Source: Ostrea edulis
Lineage: Eukaryota
DNA: 64,000 bases
Assembly (NCBI RefSeq): GCF_947568905.1
Contig: NC_079169.1
Span: 30,380,001 to 30,444,000, forward strand
Reading direction: 5' to 3'
A program made the translations under genes and the position numbers. Positions 35,801-49,900 of the stretch are shown here, piece after piece. Below the pieces are notes generated by a model. It saw only the letters and a program-made list of their open reading frames with translations. It did not search any database and was not told the DNA's origin. Every line of letters starts with the position of its first letter. Position 1 is the first letter of the stretch.

Positions 35801-37482
35801 TCGCTCATGTCCCAGAGGAGATTGGACAGTCTTTAGTTAAGGTCACTTATTGCCATCTCTGTCCCAGGATCTTATCAACAATGAAATACACAACCGATTA
35901 TGTAAGCTTAACATACAAACATCCCTCTGTTCACAGATTCAAATGTGTTCACCTTGTTCCATGATTTAAATGTAGAGAGAATGTGTAGCTGGTCAATTTT
36001 CTATATGGGATTATCAATGGTTCAGGCAATATATTCTACATATGGTCTGTTGTACATTGTTCAACATTTCGGGCCTGTGAGCAGGGGGGGGGGGGGGTAT
36101 CTATCGTGTAACACCTGCTAAAATATCAAATAATCGAGGATCTATTCTAATTCGGATCCTGATTTAATAAATGTTGGCAATGACATTGTAGCATACATTT
36201 TGCTCAACATAAAGCAAGACTTAAAACATATGACCAAATTTTGAATCAATGGATAAGTTCTTCTATTACCCTTTCAAGTATATCACTTATTCATTTTGCT
36301 ATTTTTCTTAATCCATGACATTGACGACTTTTAAGTTGTTGTCATTCGTTTACAGAATGTTGTTATGGCATATTGAAGAAGGGAATTCAGTTCAATCCAT
36401 CTCGAAGTTTTGCTGGAACTAAAAAAGCGGTGAGTCTAGGCAAAGAAGTTAATGACCTTGGATGCATCCTGTTTCAGCTGAATGTAACTACAATATACTA
36501 TTATACATCTTATTCTTCATAGGCACCTGGTCCCACCTCTGGTATGTCCTTGGGTCCGTGTTTTCCCTACTCCTAATTTTGTATCTCCTGGTTTATGAGA
36601 TCGCTCACTCATTGTTCGTTATTTTGACTTTTTGGGGTAAAAAATCCAATTAAAGTCCACGTGATGGACGGGTGTAGAGGGGATCAATGCAGAATGAGGT
36701 ACGGCATTACTACACAGACGGCTGAGCAACATAGCTTGTCACAAAAACAATTAATATTTGTACACATCAAAGAGCATTATGTGTATCTATTGAATCAATT
36801 CTAGATTATATTAAAATAGCATTACTATCAGAGATATAGATCAAATTCCTTTAATTGAATACATGTAAAGATTTACCATAAATTCATTTTGTGAATATTT
36901 TGCGTTCTTTTTTTTTCTTTTTTTTTTTTAATTTTAGAGTTGTTCGGTCCAATGTTCTAATTTTTCACCATTATAGAGAAATTAACATTGTAATCTATTT
37001 TCAGGGATTTTTGTATGGCATACTTAAAGAGGGAAAATTCAGTTCAGCCCATCTGAAAGGTAACAACATTTTAAAGTTTTCAATGCAGACGATATCAATA
37101 ATTATACAGTGTGTAGCTCTAGAAGGCAATGTTAGCGAACATGTTTGAAGTTTGCGGTATGTTTTGATTTACATACGGTTATGATATGTTTGACATGTTT
37201 TACCACCATATATTTATCACGCGTTTGAAGTTATGATACGTTAAACTTATGTTTCAAACATATGGTAGTCCTATGTTCAAAACAAGTTTAACACATGGTG
37301 ATAAAATTAGGTGTTAAAACATATGATTGACATATGATAATCCAAACATACGTTAATGTTGCTATTTGACCTGTGTAGACTGATATCTGCTCAATACCTC
37401 GATGTTTACTTTAGAAACGACAAGACATTGAACAGGCGTTTGCATTAAATGAAGCACTTCGATATTTTTGGCTGGATTTATA

Positions 37483-40400
37483 ATGGCAGTGTTTAAAAGT
37501 ACAAGGTAATGGCTTTTCTATTTTACAATAATCTATTTTTTTATTTGATGATTATCATTCTTTATCAAATACTTCAATGTAGTAGAGCTTATGCGTTTTG
37601 AACGTTTTGTTTTTAAAGATTTAAGGTACAGAATCAAGCACAAATATCTTCCGTCAGTTTTGTTTGTCCAATATATTTCAAGCAAAAGATCTTTTTTTCT
37701 AATCTGTTGTTTCATCAAGTTTTGTGATTTCGTCACATTGAGTAGGGTTTCTTATTGTTGGTACATCATTTATTTGCACTGTACTTTGTAAATGGTATAG
37801 GGTTTCAGATGAATGCTAATTTCATTTCTCATTCTTACCAAGTATTTCTGCAATAAAATTTAGGTTGACTTTGAAGAAGTAGAAAATGAATTGAAGACAT
37901 TCAATGTTTATGAATTTGTAAAACAAAAGAGTTTTATAGTGCAAATTGTATTAAAATATTTCAAGAAATAAAATCAACCGATTGTTGAACACATGTCAAT
38001 TTGTATGAACTAGATAAGGAAAATAAAGCAACATATACCCATTTATCGAGCATTCTTACATGGCTCTTATATTTCTTGGAAACAAAAAAATCTACTTGTA
38101 GAAATGAGAAATGTGAATTCGTATTCACAAACAAGTTAAGCATAACACAAATTGAGTGAGGTGACTAATTCATAGCATATGAGGCGTTCTCAGAAAAAGG
38201 AGCCCAAGTAATTTAGTGCTAAAGTATGATACTATTGAGAACAACCCCTCAAAAATGTTTGAGCAATATTCACCTTTCATTGATTGTCATAAAGATATTA
38301 CAATTAATCAAAGGTGACAACATATCTCATCAATTTATTTTTAGATCCTCTTCAAGATATGACGACAGAGAAGATGACGAAGGAGACGATGATATAAACA
38401 AAGCATCAGACTTCGTGTCCTCCGTGAAATCGTAAGAATAAAGGCTTATCTATCGTGATAAAACTCACAGAAATTGTAAAATGTCATCGTTTATTCCAAA
38501 CCACGTCAGAAATAGATTACAAGAGAAATAACTGATATTACCGTACATTGTACCCCATTGAGCGATATAAATATTTAACAACTCTGATTACCATTTGCTA
38601 ATGCATCATTTAACACTTTTCCCCATGTGTTTCTATTGAACAACAAATGAAGATGGCAAACAGTGATCAATTTCATCAATTCCATAAAGAATACAAAATT
38701 AAGAGCAGGGCAAACAAGGACTCCTGGTCACACCAGAGGTGGGGTCGGGTGCTTGTGAGGAGTAAGGTGACCTGTCACACCTATCGTGATCCCTCTATCT
38801 TGATCAGTTAAACTGAGTAAATACATAGTCATAATCAGTGTGCCAAGAACAAACTGACAATTGATATGAAGCTTGAAAATACGGATGTATATTTAATTGC
38901 TGTTATAAAATTTAGAAATTCATTTCAAAATTAAGGATTATCTCCCTCATGCATAGCTCTTATCCTTGGATGAATTTGGCTCCATTATTTGGCACGCTGT
39001 TTTTGGCTATATTTAGTTCCAAAACTTCATAGTTATTTCGGATTTCAAACATTTCGGTTGAGCATCACTGAAGAGAGATTATTTGTCGAAATGCGCATCT
39101 GGTGCATCAAAATTGGTACCGTATAAATTTTACACGAAACACATCATACAACATTCGACCTAACGAAAGGTTGTATTTGTAAATTAGATCATTACAACCA
39201 CCATACAATTTGCGAAATGCTGACTTCAAACGAGATTGTTGAAACCCCTTTAATATCAACTTATTTATCAGAAGCTTGTCTCGATTAAAAAGAATAATAT
39301 GCAGAACATGCTCTCATGTATAGAATCCGTAGAGAGACATAAACAACAAATGCAGGTGATAATGCTACATAAATATGGAAAGTTGACAATGGAGAAGTTG
39401 AATTCATTCCGTTTGTCATACAGTTGAGTTGTTCGTTTGTCGTTAAAATCTATGTTCGATTGATTTTATATTATTTAAAGGTCAAGTACGGTGATTTTCC
39501 TAAAACTTGACTTTTGCACAGAAAAATGTCTGTCGTACACTTATAGATTAATTTCCATGGCAATTTGGATAAAAATCACTTGGCATGAAGTACACAGCGC
39601 TATCAAACTTTTACATGAGCGATCGATAAATGTGTCGTGACGTGAGTTATCGTTCGTAGCTTATGACGTCATCTGAGACAACTTTCGATTGCATTGATAG
39701 GGTTTTATAGTGTTTACATAGAAAAGTCCTGTATTTATGGTACAATGCACTGCTTTAAACTGCAATGTCAAATCGGGACAGGGATTAAGTATGTTTCTTT
39801 TCCCAAAAGACCCTAAATTTCGAAGAATTTGGACACTGAAACTGAAAAGAGACACTGAGATTTGTGACAAGCCACGAGGATCAGTGAGTGACACTTTTTA
39901 AAATTAACGAGGATCAGGTTTCCATCAACCCCGACGCATCATCCTGTTTGACTCCAAACAAAGTGCAAAGTGATGATTAACTGGATATCCTACAAAACAA
40001 GTGGAGGGATATATTTTAATTATATAAAAAGTTCAACCCAAATTAAGGGGGGGTGCAATCCACCCCTCTCTACATCCACCACTGAATGCTTTAATGCGAC
40101 ATTGTATTCCATGGGTTTGCGATTGCACATAAAAATTAATGTCACCCATTACTTACTTACTTACTTACTGGATACTGTTAGTGATTGTTATCACATCAGT
40201 GCCGCTATGGTATCCCTCCATGTCACACGGTCTTTGGCTATATTTTCAGCCTCCTGATATGTTAGGCCCGCAGTTGTAAGGTTTCTTGCCAGCGTGTCTC
40301 GCCATCTCTGCCGTTGTCGTCCTTGTTTTCGCCTGCCTCCGACCGATGTAGGGTCCAATTCGTACATTCGTTTAGGGAATCTTTCGTCTCCCATCCTCGA

Positions 40401-43400
40401 CATGTGACCAAACCATCTCAGCCGATTCCTCATGAGTAGTGTTGAGGCATATGGTTGATCTGTGAGCTCTCGAATGTCACTGTTGCGCCTTTGTTCCCAC
40501 CATTTGGTCTTCAGAATAATTGTCACCCATTACCTAGTTCAAATTGATTTTATTTCTTTTATTAAATGAAACATCTTTCGAATATTGTCGTACTCATACT
40601 ATATGTATAAGGGACTCATCATTTCATTTCTTCACTATATATATTTTGAAAAAATAAAATATAGTAAAAATGGAAATGAATTCATTTAAAAGAAAAACCC
40701 ATTTTGATAAAACCTTATTTATTAGGTCAGTCCAATTTCCAAAGCTTTTTCTTCAAGTTCATTATGAAAAAAAGTACAAGTTTTTCCTTTTCCTAATATG
40801 CTTTTAAGTGCTACATTATACTTAATATATCATGAATCATTAAGGCAAATTTCACACCTCAAAATGCTACAATTCGTTAACTTTGTGCCGTAATATTTCA
40901 ATTTCGCATTTGACGTGTGTTGTGAAGAAATTACATGTACTGATAGGCCTAATTTATATTTTATGATATTGTATCTACATGTAGATGTTTTTCTTTTTAA
41001 AAAAAAGGGGGGGGGTTACAAATAACGTTGTGCACAATAAGTTTTTTTTCTTTTGTCTTTTGTTGTTCTTTTTTCAAAAAGGCATTTTTCAATTAAATAT
41101 ATATCTAGCTAAACACATTATAATCTGAATCTGATCAATCTCATACTAGTAAATTCCATTAAAAAAATACAAACGTGAGAGTCAATCTAATTAAATACGC
41201 TCACAATCGCTACAATAGAGTATACGGCGAGTATCTATGAAGTCTGATTTTGATTAGCCTAGATTGTGTAAAATACAAAGGTTATCTTTTGATAGAACAT
41301 TTTTTCCAATATAATTCCCACTTTTTTATGGACTGGCTCGGTAAATAATTTCTAACTGAGATTCCTATGAGATATTTGTCGAACATAGACATATTCCTAT
41401 CGGATGGTTTCGAAAAGGGTGCAGGTACAAATATAAAAGGTTAAATCCCTAAACTCAAGTGTATCTACGGTATTTCACCGTAGGGGATAATTGAATAACA
41501 CGCGTTAGCAAAACTTATGTTCAAAAATAAAATTATCAATTATCGTAATTTATCACAAAACAAATCACAAAAATAATGTGAAATACATTAAATTCTTATT
41601 TCTGGCGTTCATTGTGTTGGTAATACACAACGGTGTATAATTGAATAACACGCGTTAGCAAAACTTATGTTTAAAAATTATTTTTAACGCTTACATTCAC
41701 ACCGAATATAGATATGATTTTTTTTCATTAAAAATGCTATTGTATTATCACATTTCCCAGTACTCACCGTACTTATCAATAAAAACGTTTGGAAAGCCAA
41801 GGAATAGTCACAGGTGCTTTCTTCAACATCATTGATAGGATCGGCATTGTGACATCCATTTTATCATTTTTTTGTGGCAGTGTAAACTATTCAAAGCAAT
41901 ACAAGTTTTAACCGCTGGTGTTTTTCAACTACCCAAGTATGCACCAATTAACATGCCCCTATCGGTATAACTAACATAATGTCCATGATGTAAAACTTAT
42001 ACGGTACCAATTTTGATGCACCAGATGTGCATTTCGACAAATAATGTCTCTTCAATGATGCTCAAGCCGAAATTTTGGAAATTCGAAATAACAATAAACT
42101 TGTGAGAGCTAAAAGGAAAACTAGAGTGCCAAAAATGGAGCCAAATTCGTCCAAGGATAAGAGGCATGTATAAGGGAGATAATCCTTAATTTTGAAATGA
42201 ATATGATAAAAATTCAGCAAAATTATCAAGGGGATATTGCTAAAAAGCATACCTACTATGACCATTTCCTATAAACCGCCATAGCTTCGAACGTAGTCGT
42301 CGTTACTCGGTCACGGGAAATATGATTGCCGAATACGATCGAGTTGATGAGACCAAGATCATACGGAGATGGAAACTCACATTTCGTTTTTTAAAAGATA
42401 TTACAAAGTGTCTTGAATGATAAAGTGTAAGAAAGTAGTAATAACACAAATGTGCCACTCGAATGAAATTTTGATAATGAATTTTATATAAAATTGGCAT
42501 ATTGGAAAAGTTGTTTACATATTTGACACTTGTGCATTGCATCTCTTCTGTATTTTTCCGAAATGGTGACCTCTGAGGTCAATGCACATCTGAGATTACG
42601 AACAGAAATTACTTTTAGTTTGTTTGGTATATACCGTCAGCTACAGTTTGTATTGCTTTTAGAACTGATAAAGTTTTTCAGTGGATATATTACCCAAAAT
42701 TGATGATTGATTTCCTACACAAGAGGAGGCAATTACTGTCATTAACAAAGCAATTATTGCGTTCAAAGTCTATAAGACGCAATTACTAGTTATAAAGTTC
42801 GTAGTGGAGAGAAAAAATTGATATGTAGATATTGTCAAATGAACCATAACATATTTCTAAGTTTTTCATAACAAAGTATTATTAAAATGTGAAATATCTT
42901 TATGTAGCAATTTTTCATTATCATCTGCATATGGTGTTTCTCTACTGATTGGATACGAGAGAGCATGTTTTGCGTATGATCAATATTTAAACCGGAGATG
43001 GACACTGACAAATATGTTGATGTTACGAGGGCTTCAACAGTCTCGTTTGAAGTCAGGATTTGGCTATTTCTATGGCTGTTATGATCTTACTTGCAAATAC
43101 AACCTGTCATTATGTCGAATGCTGTCTGACGTGTTACCGTTCTTCATAAAATGATTCTGACTACGTTTACCTGATCAAGATATAGGGCTCATAGTAAGTG
43201 TGACTCGTCAACAGAGGATGCTTACACCTGTGAGGCACCTGGTCCCACCTCTGGTGTGTCCAGGGGTCTATGTATGCCCAACTCTCTATTTTGTAATACT
43301 TATAGGAGTTATGAGATTGGTTACTGTTCGTTATTTTTTTTTTTATTCAAAAGTACACGAAATTCTTTTATAGATGAAAGTAACGTCAGATACATATGTA

Positions 43401-46400
43401 ATTTACTTAATATCTTAGAGATCAGTGAAAAGTTGTTCTATATGCTTCTGCATGACATTTTTCATACAACTTCTGTCATCGTTTAAGCAAAAATCGCAGG
43501 AAAATTTTGCAAATGCAACATAAATTCTGAGATTGGCCTTCTTACTAATCTACATATTTACTTATGTAAATATGTGTTTACATATTTTTTCATACCTGTA
43601 AAAGTATGTCTTTGCATCATTAATATGATTTCTTATGAATAATAAAAACAAACAAACCAATAAAATGACCAAAATCATCATTCATTTAACAATTATATAT
43701 TATTGAAATTTAAATTCATTTATAGTATTTTTGAATACACAGAAAATCGGAAACAGGCTATACTGCAGATTCCGAGAGTGGCGGTGAGGAAAATATTGAA
43801 GATATAAGGTTAGTTAATTGTTCTTTATCATTTTTCATATTTTCCAATCATTAAATAAACTGTAAATGCGAAAATGAAGTTCATGCATTTGTGTGTGTAC
43901 TATGTTTTATCATTATTCAAGATACTCATGTGTAATAATCATTCATTTATCGCACTTGCATAGATATATGTAGTGATTAGATACTTATATATTTCCTTTG
44001 CAAACAGTTGCAAAGATGACGTCGATGTCATGTTAACCAAATTAGAAGAGGAACACGTTTTTCACACCGTTCGAAGGTAATTTTGACTTATTTCCTTCTC
44101 TCCCTGTAGGGCCGTGAACAATTCCTCTTCATTCCGTCCTTCCTTCTGCCGCCCTGCTTTCTTCTGTCGAGGTCTTAAATCCAAATCCTTTTTTCTTTCA
44201 CTCTACGGTTTTCCTCCATGTATTTAGAGTACAGCATCATAATTTATTCATATATTTGAGACGACCTAAATCTCTTCCAGATACGTTACAGATACAGCAC
44301 ATTGTATTTCAAAATACAAATGTTTAGAGTCGGTGAATATTTTTCATATCGAAAGGTTTTCTTGATTCACAAACATCTCACGATGCATGAATATGGATAT
44401 TTTGCTGCTACATTGAAAACATTTTTTGTAGCTCTCAGTTGTTTTATGACACTATGAAGCTGACAAATATTAGCCAAAACAACGTTTTTAGTAATGGAAT
44501 ATAAAAATCGCAAAACTTTTAAAATATGAAAGCAAGATATCATACATGTAAGTTCTTTTGTTTCTATATTCAAAACATGAATTATAATAAAAACAAACAT
44601 TGAATTCTTTTTTTAATAGATCGTCGACACTAGCGTGTTATTCGATTTGTTGCCATGGCTAGATTATCTCATGCCATTGAAGAAGTAAAAACGTTGGATG
44701 CTTTCAAAGATCTAACTTGATTATGTACCAGAGTTACTGATTTTTCAGAGAAGCAATGAAACCTCATAAACCGTTGGTGGGGGTAGAGTTCGACCCTTCT
44801 TGGAACAAAAAGATCGGCGCCGTGGAAAAGACTGCAAAGCCCGCACAGTAAATGATTTCATTTTATAGACACGTGGCACGATTCAGCCTCGATATCATAA
44901 TTTATGGATTTTATTTCTTGTCCATTTCTTTTCACAGACAGGATGACGATTCACCGGCAGAAGAAGTGGAGAGGTTAGAAAATATCAAAATATTTTTAAA
45001 ATCAAGTCCCATAACTCTGTCACAACAAAACCAATAAATCTAAAAATCAAAAGGGGTCTTCCTCTTCCTAATCCAAGATCTCATTTAAATTCTATGAAAA
45101 TATTCTCTAGAACTCTCAAGTTATTGCAAGCCATAGTAAATGGTATTATCTTATCAATACTCATTAAATCAAAATAAAAAGAATGAAAAAGCATAGATTT
45201 CAGACAAACTTTCAGAATATAAGTATATGGATGACGTTTTTATCAGTGAAAAAGAAGAAGATAAAACTGGTCCAGTCGATGACCATTCCAGCTCGTACAG
45301 TTCGGTGGATGAAGACAGCTGGGAAAGGTAAATCAATGACAAATTCATATCGATTCGCTAACCATGAATTTCATATGTATTTTGATTGATGTGTACACCA
45401 TAAAATACAAACAAAAATATTTTATACATCCACAGTGAATATGATGTGCCTTCAGACTTTGAAAGGTAAATATCTAATTAATTTAATTCAAGAGTTTTAT
45501 AACTACTTAGTGCATGAAAAGGTGAAGATAAGGAACAGTTATCAATCTCATAAGTCCTATAAGGAATACAAAATTCAGAGTTGGACAAACACGAATCTCC
45601 GGATACATCGGAGGTGGATTCAGGTGCTTAGGAGGAGTTAGCATCCCCTGCTGACCGGTCATAAACGCCGTGAGTCCTATATCCCTATATTCAGATCAAG
45701 TAAACGGAGTTATCCATAGTCAAAATCATTGAGTAAAGAACGGCCCATTAATTTTATATGTTAGACAACATTTAATCCAATGACAGGTGGTATTGTACAT
45801 ACGGTTTTTAAAAGTTTAATTCTATTAACGATTTTTCTTTTGTAAAATGACATCTGTTGTATATGAACCTCTTTAATGCCAGTAAGTGCTTTCAATCTGT
45901 TGGATACTTTGTGGAGATGAATACATTATTTGAAACATCGGAGCACTGAACACTCTCTTGATTACGTTTTTCTTTTATTATTGTAGTGATACACCTAGTG
46001 AACCAGGGGAAGAAGTAGAAAGGTATAAAATATGACCATGATGATGCATAGCTATTTGAATTTTTATTCTACTTTCACATTTACCATGAGCTACTTGATA
46101 TCTCATTTTCACTTTATGTTTCAATGTTCACGTAACTGCTGTTCTGCCAGCAAAGGAATAGACTGACAAAAAAGAATATCATACGGAGTGATGATACCTC
46201 TGCATGGCAAAGCTCGTAAAATATATTTCTAAAAGATTATTGAAAATCACCTAAAACATTGACTTACCTTCACACGTTCATAATAACATACTATATAGAA
46301 TGTATATTGCAGTCATAGGCGTAACCAAATTCCTTCGCTGGTCCAACCCACAATTTCACAAAATATTGTTGAGAACATTACATGACACTTCCATATATTT

Positions 46401-46618
46401 TCTTACACCCCACCCCCAAANNNNNNNNNNNNNNNNNNNNNNNNNNNNNNNNNNNNNNNNNNNNNNNNNNNNNNNNNNNNNNNNNNNNNNNNNNNNNNNN
46501 NNNNNNNNNNNNNNNNNNNNNNNNNNNNNNNNNNNNNNNNNNNNNNNNNNNNNNNNNNNNNNNNNNNNNNNNNNNNNNNNNNNNNNNTTGATGCACCAGA
46601 TGCGCATTTCGACAAATG

Positions 46619-46650
<32 letters not shown>

Positions 46651-46870
46651 TAAGCCGTTCTAGGCACACTGATTTTGACTGCGGATAACTCCGTTTACCT
46701 GATCAGGATATAGGGCTTACGGCGGGTGTGACCGGTCAACAGGGGATGCTTACTCCTCCTAGGCACCTGATCCCACCTCTGGTGTGTCCAGGGGTCCGTG
46801 TTTGCCCAACTATCTATTTTGTATTGCTTGTAGGAGTTATGAGATTGATCACTGTTCGTTATCTTCACCT

Positions 46871-46917
<47 letters not shown>

Positions 46918-49900
46918 GAGATCATACGGTTAAACAGATAAAATCATACTTGGGATAACGCTAGCATTGTAATCAAACCTCGTCTATTGATGATATACTC
47001 AATATTAATTGGCATGGATATACGTGATATGTATATACCCGTCTCTGGGTCGTATTTTGCTCTTTGTGAAAAGATATGGATTATCGAACTTGAAACTTGA
47101 TGTTGTTCCTGTTCAGATAACAATTCTAAACTCAACATATATCATAACGGTGGATTGCATAATGACAGACATTATATGTCAGCTATACCAGTAAGGAAAG
47201 TATTAACGTGGTCGTTTAGCGATTGCATTATGAAGATGATTGTTGATATCTTAACACTTAATGGCTATTGAATTCAAGAGTGGGCATCTTTTAAGAAATA
47301 CTGTCTTTGCTTATGTAAAACTTATACGGTACCAATTTTGATGCTGCAGATGCGCATTTCGACAAATTATGTCTCTTCAGTGATGCTCAACCGAAATGTT
47401 TCAAATCCGAAATAACAATGACGTTTTAGAGCTATTAAAGGCAAAACAGTGTGCCAAAAAAGTGGAATCAAATTCGTTCAAGGATAAGAGCTATGTGTGA
47501 GGGAGATAATCCTTAATTTTGAAATGAATTTCTAAATTTTATAACAGCAATTAAATATACATCCGTATTTTCAAGCTAGTAACGAAGCACTCAGCTACTG
47601 GGCTGTAGATACCCTCGGGGACTAACAGTCCACCAGCAGAGGCCTCTACCCAGGGGTCATAATGTAAAATTTATACGGTACCAATTTTGATGCACCAGAT
47701 GCACATTTCGACAAATTATGTACATCGATAAAATATCAGCGTTTTATATTTTCAGTTCTGTACAACCCGGAATGAGTAAAACAAAATTATGTAGTGATGT
47801 TTCCATCGAATATCCAGATAAGTATAATTTCGGGGAAATACAAGCCATTCCGTGGTCACAGGAGAGGCGGGCCAACGAGATAAAAGACATTGATTTAAAA
47901 TACACGGAAAAACTCTGTAGTGACATTTATTTGATGGTGGATATATCTAGAAATAAAACAATCCTGGTATTTGATCAAAGTGACGAAGCTTTGGTGACAG
48001 TCTCTGTCAAAGTTCCCGGTGATAAAGATTCTGGATACATTTATGAAGCAAGGATAAAGAACAGATCAAATTGGGTCGCAAGGGTTGCTGAACATATGGT
48101 ACATATTTTTTATCGGGAAACATACTGATGTTGCCAATTTTTCAAATTTGTTCTCCTGAAATAAAGCTAACCTAATGATTTCTCATTTCAGGGCGATCAA
48201 ATTAAATTTCACGCAACAGAAATCGAGTCTTTTTTCATCGTAAAGATTCCTCTGAAAGATTCTGCTATGATTTCCCCGCAGGGAAACACACTCTCTTTCA
48301 ATCACACAAAGGGTGTGTCTCTGGATATACCATCACAGACCGTAAACAAACCTCAGCCCATTGTCATGCAGGTAGAATCAAAGTCTTTCTTGTTTTTCCG
48401 CTCGCTGAAACTACAGCACGAGGGAACATTCTCATATTTTCACAAAATGTCTAAGAATGAGAATATTGATTTTCATTGACTAATGGGTCTGGTACAAATT
48501 TGTGTTTATTTTTCATCATTCCAAACTACAATACGTATCAAGTGGTCTTAAAAGTAAGAAAAAACAACTACAGATTCATCGCAGAAATTGCACATTTCTC
48601 TGTTTATTATTTCCTTTTTGCATAAATCAAAACTGTACAGCTGGACTCAACAGGGCGTACAACATAGAAAAATATGTAAGCACACCGACCTCATGAATAA
48701 ATAAAAATGTCGACCTCCTCCATCATGTACCTTTTTTCATTAGACGGGAAGAGTTATGTTATGGCACTGTTCGTGTGTCTGTCTGTCTGGCTGACTGACT
48801 GATTGACTGTAATGTTTTCCGGACCTTTTTTCCGTAATTGATGCATCTACGACTTTGAAATGTAGTTACAATTTCTCAAGAGTGAGTTTGCATATTAGCT
48901 GGATTGATGCACATTGACTTACTTTAGGGATATAAGTAGGTAAAACAGTTTTCCTCATGTTTTCTTATTACAGATCCAGATATTGCCCTGCAATTTACTC
49001 ATAAGTTTCTTTTGGAGAAACACAAGTTCAGTTGTAATTCAGCTGGATTGGCCTGTCCATTCATGACCTACATTAGGACTAAAAGTAGGTCAGACATTTT
49101 CCCGGGCTTTTTGTAATGATGGATACATATATTACCCTGAAATTTAGTCACAGGCTTTCTCTTGGAGAATTTCATGCTCAGTTTGCATTTCAGCTGCTTT
49201 GGTGAGTCCTTGACCTATTTTCAGGCTAAAAATAGGTCAAACAGTTTTCTAGGCTTTTATCATTGCGGATACAGATATTGCCCTGAAATTTAGTCACACG
49301 TTTTCTCTTAAGGGGATATAAGTTAAGTTTGCATTTCAGCTGAATTGGTCTGTTAGTCAGTCTGTCGTTCAGTCCAAGGTAATGCTTTCCAGACTGTTTC
49401 CCGTAACAGATACATGTACAGTATTAAAATTTGATCACAATCTCTTCATCAAGAAGCTAAAGAGTGATTTTGCACTTCAGCTGGATTAGTGTACCGTGAC
49501 TTACTTTCGAGCTAAAAGTAGGTCAAACAGTTTTCTGTACCTTTGCGTTACAGATAAAGATATTGTCCTGAATTAGTCACAAGCGTTCTCTTGGAGGAAT
49601 ACAATTGCAGTTAGCATTTCTGTTGAATTGGTACACCATGACCTTCTTTAAGCGTAGAAGTAGGTCAAACAGTTTTCCAGATTTTTATCGGTATGGTGAT
49701 AGGTATTGCCCTCAAAATTCGTCACAACCTCCCTCTCAGAGAAATACATATTCAGCTCACATTTCAACTTATTGGTGCACCATGACCTACTTTAGGGCTA
49801 AAAGTTATCAAATGGTTTCCTGGAATTTTTCTCATATATACAGATATTGCACTAATATTTTGTCACAACCTACCTCCCAGAGAAATACATAATCAGTTCA

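Larger units (their letters stand above)
38645..39455 (-). mobile_element. Naiad 3' fragment interrupted by a retrozyme
   Basis: 3' UTR at 38645-38870. RT C-terminus continues at 39135-39455 (YDKRNEFNFSIVNFPYLCS). Confidence 0.8.
15928..41526. repeat. Tandem segmental duplication, unit A (~25.6 kb)
   Basis: Homology with unit B starts at ataaaattatcaattatcg (15928 vs 41527). Paired ORFs recur at offsets of about 25460-25600 throughout. Confidence 0.95.

Noticed and set aside
26353-37400. Downstream death-domain exon for the ZU5/UPA gene
   Set aside because: Candidate acceptors at ~26675 and ~33832 lead to short frames with stops and no death-domain-like helical pattern.
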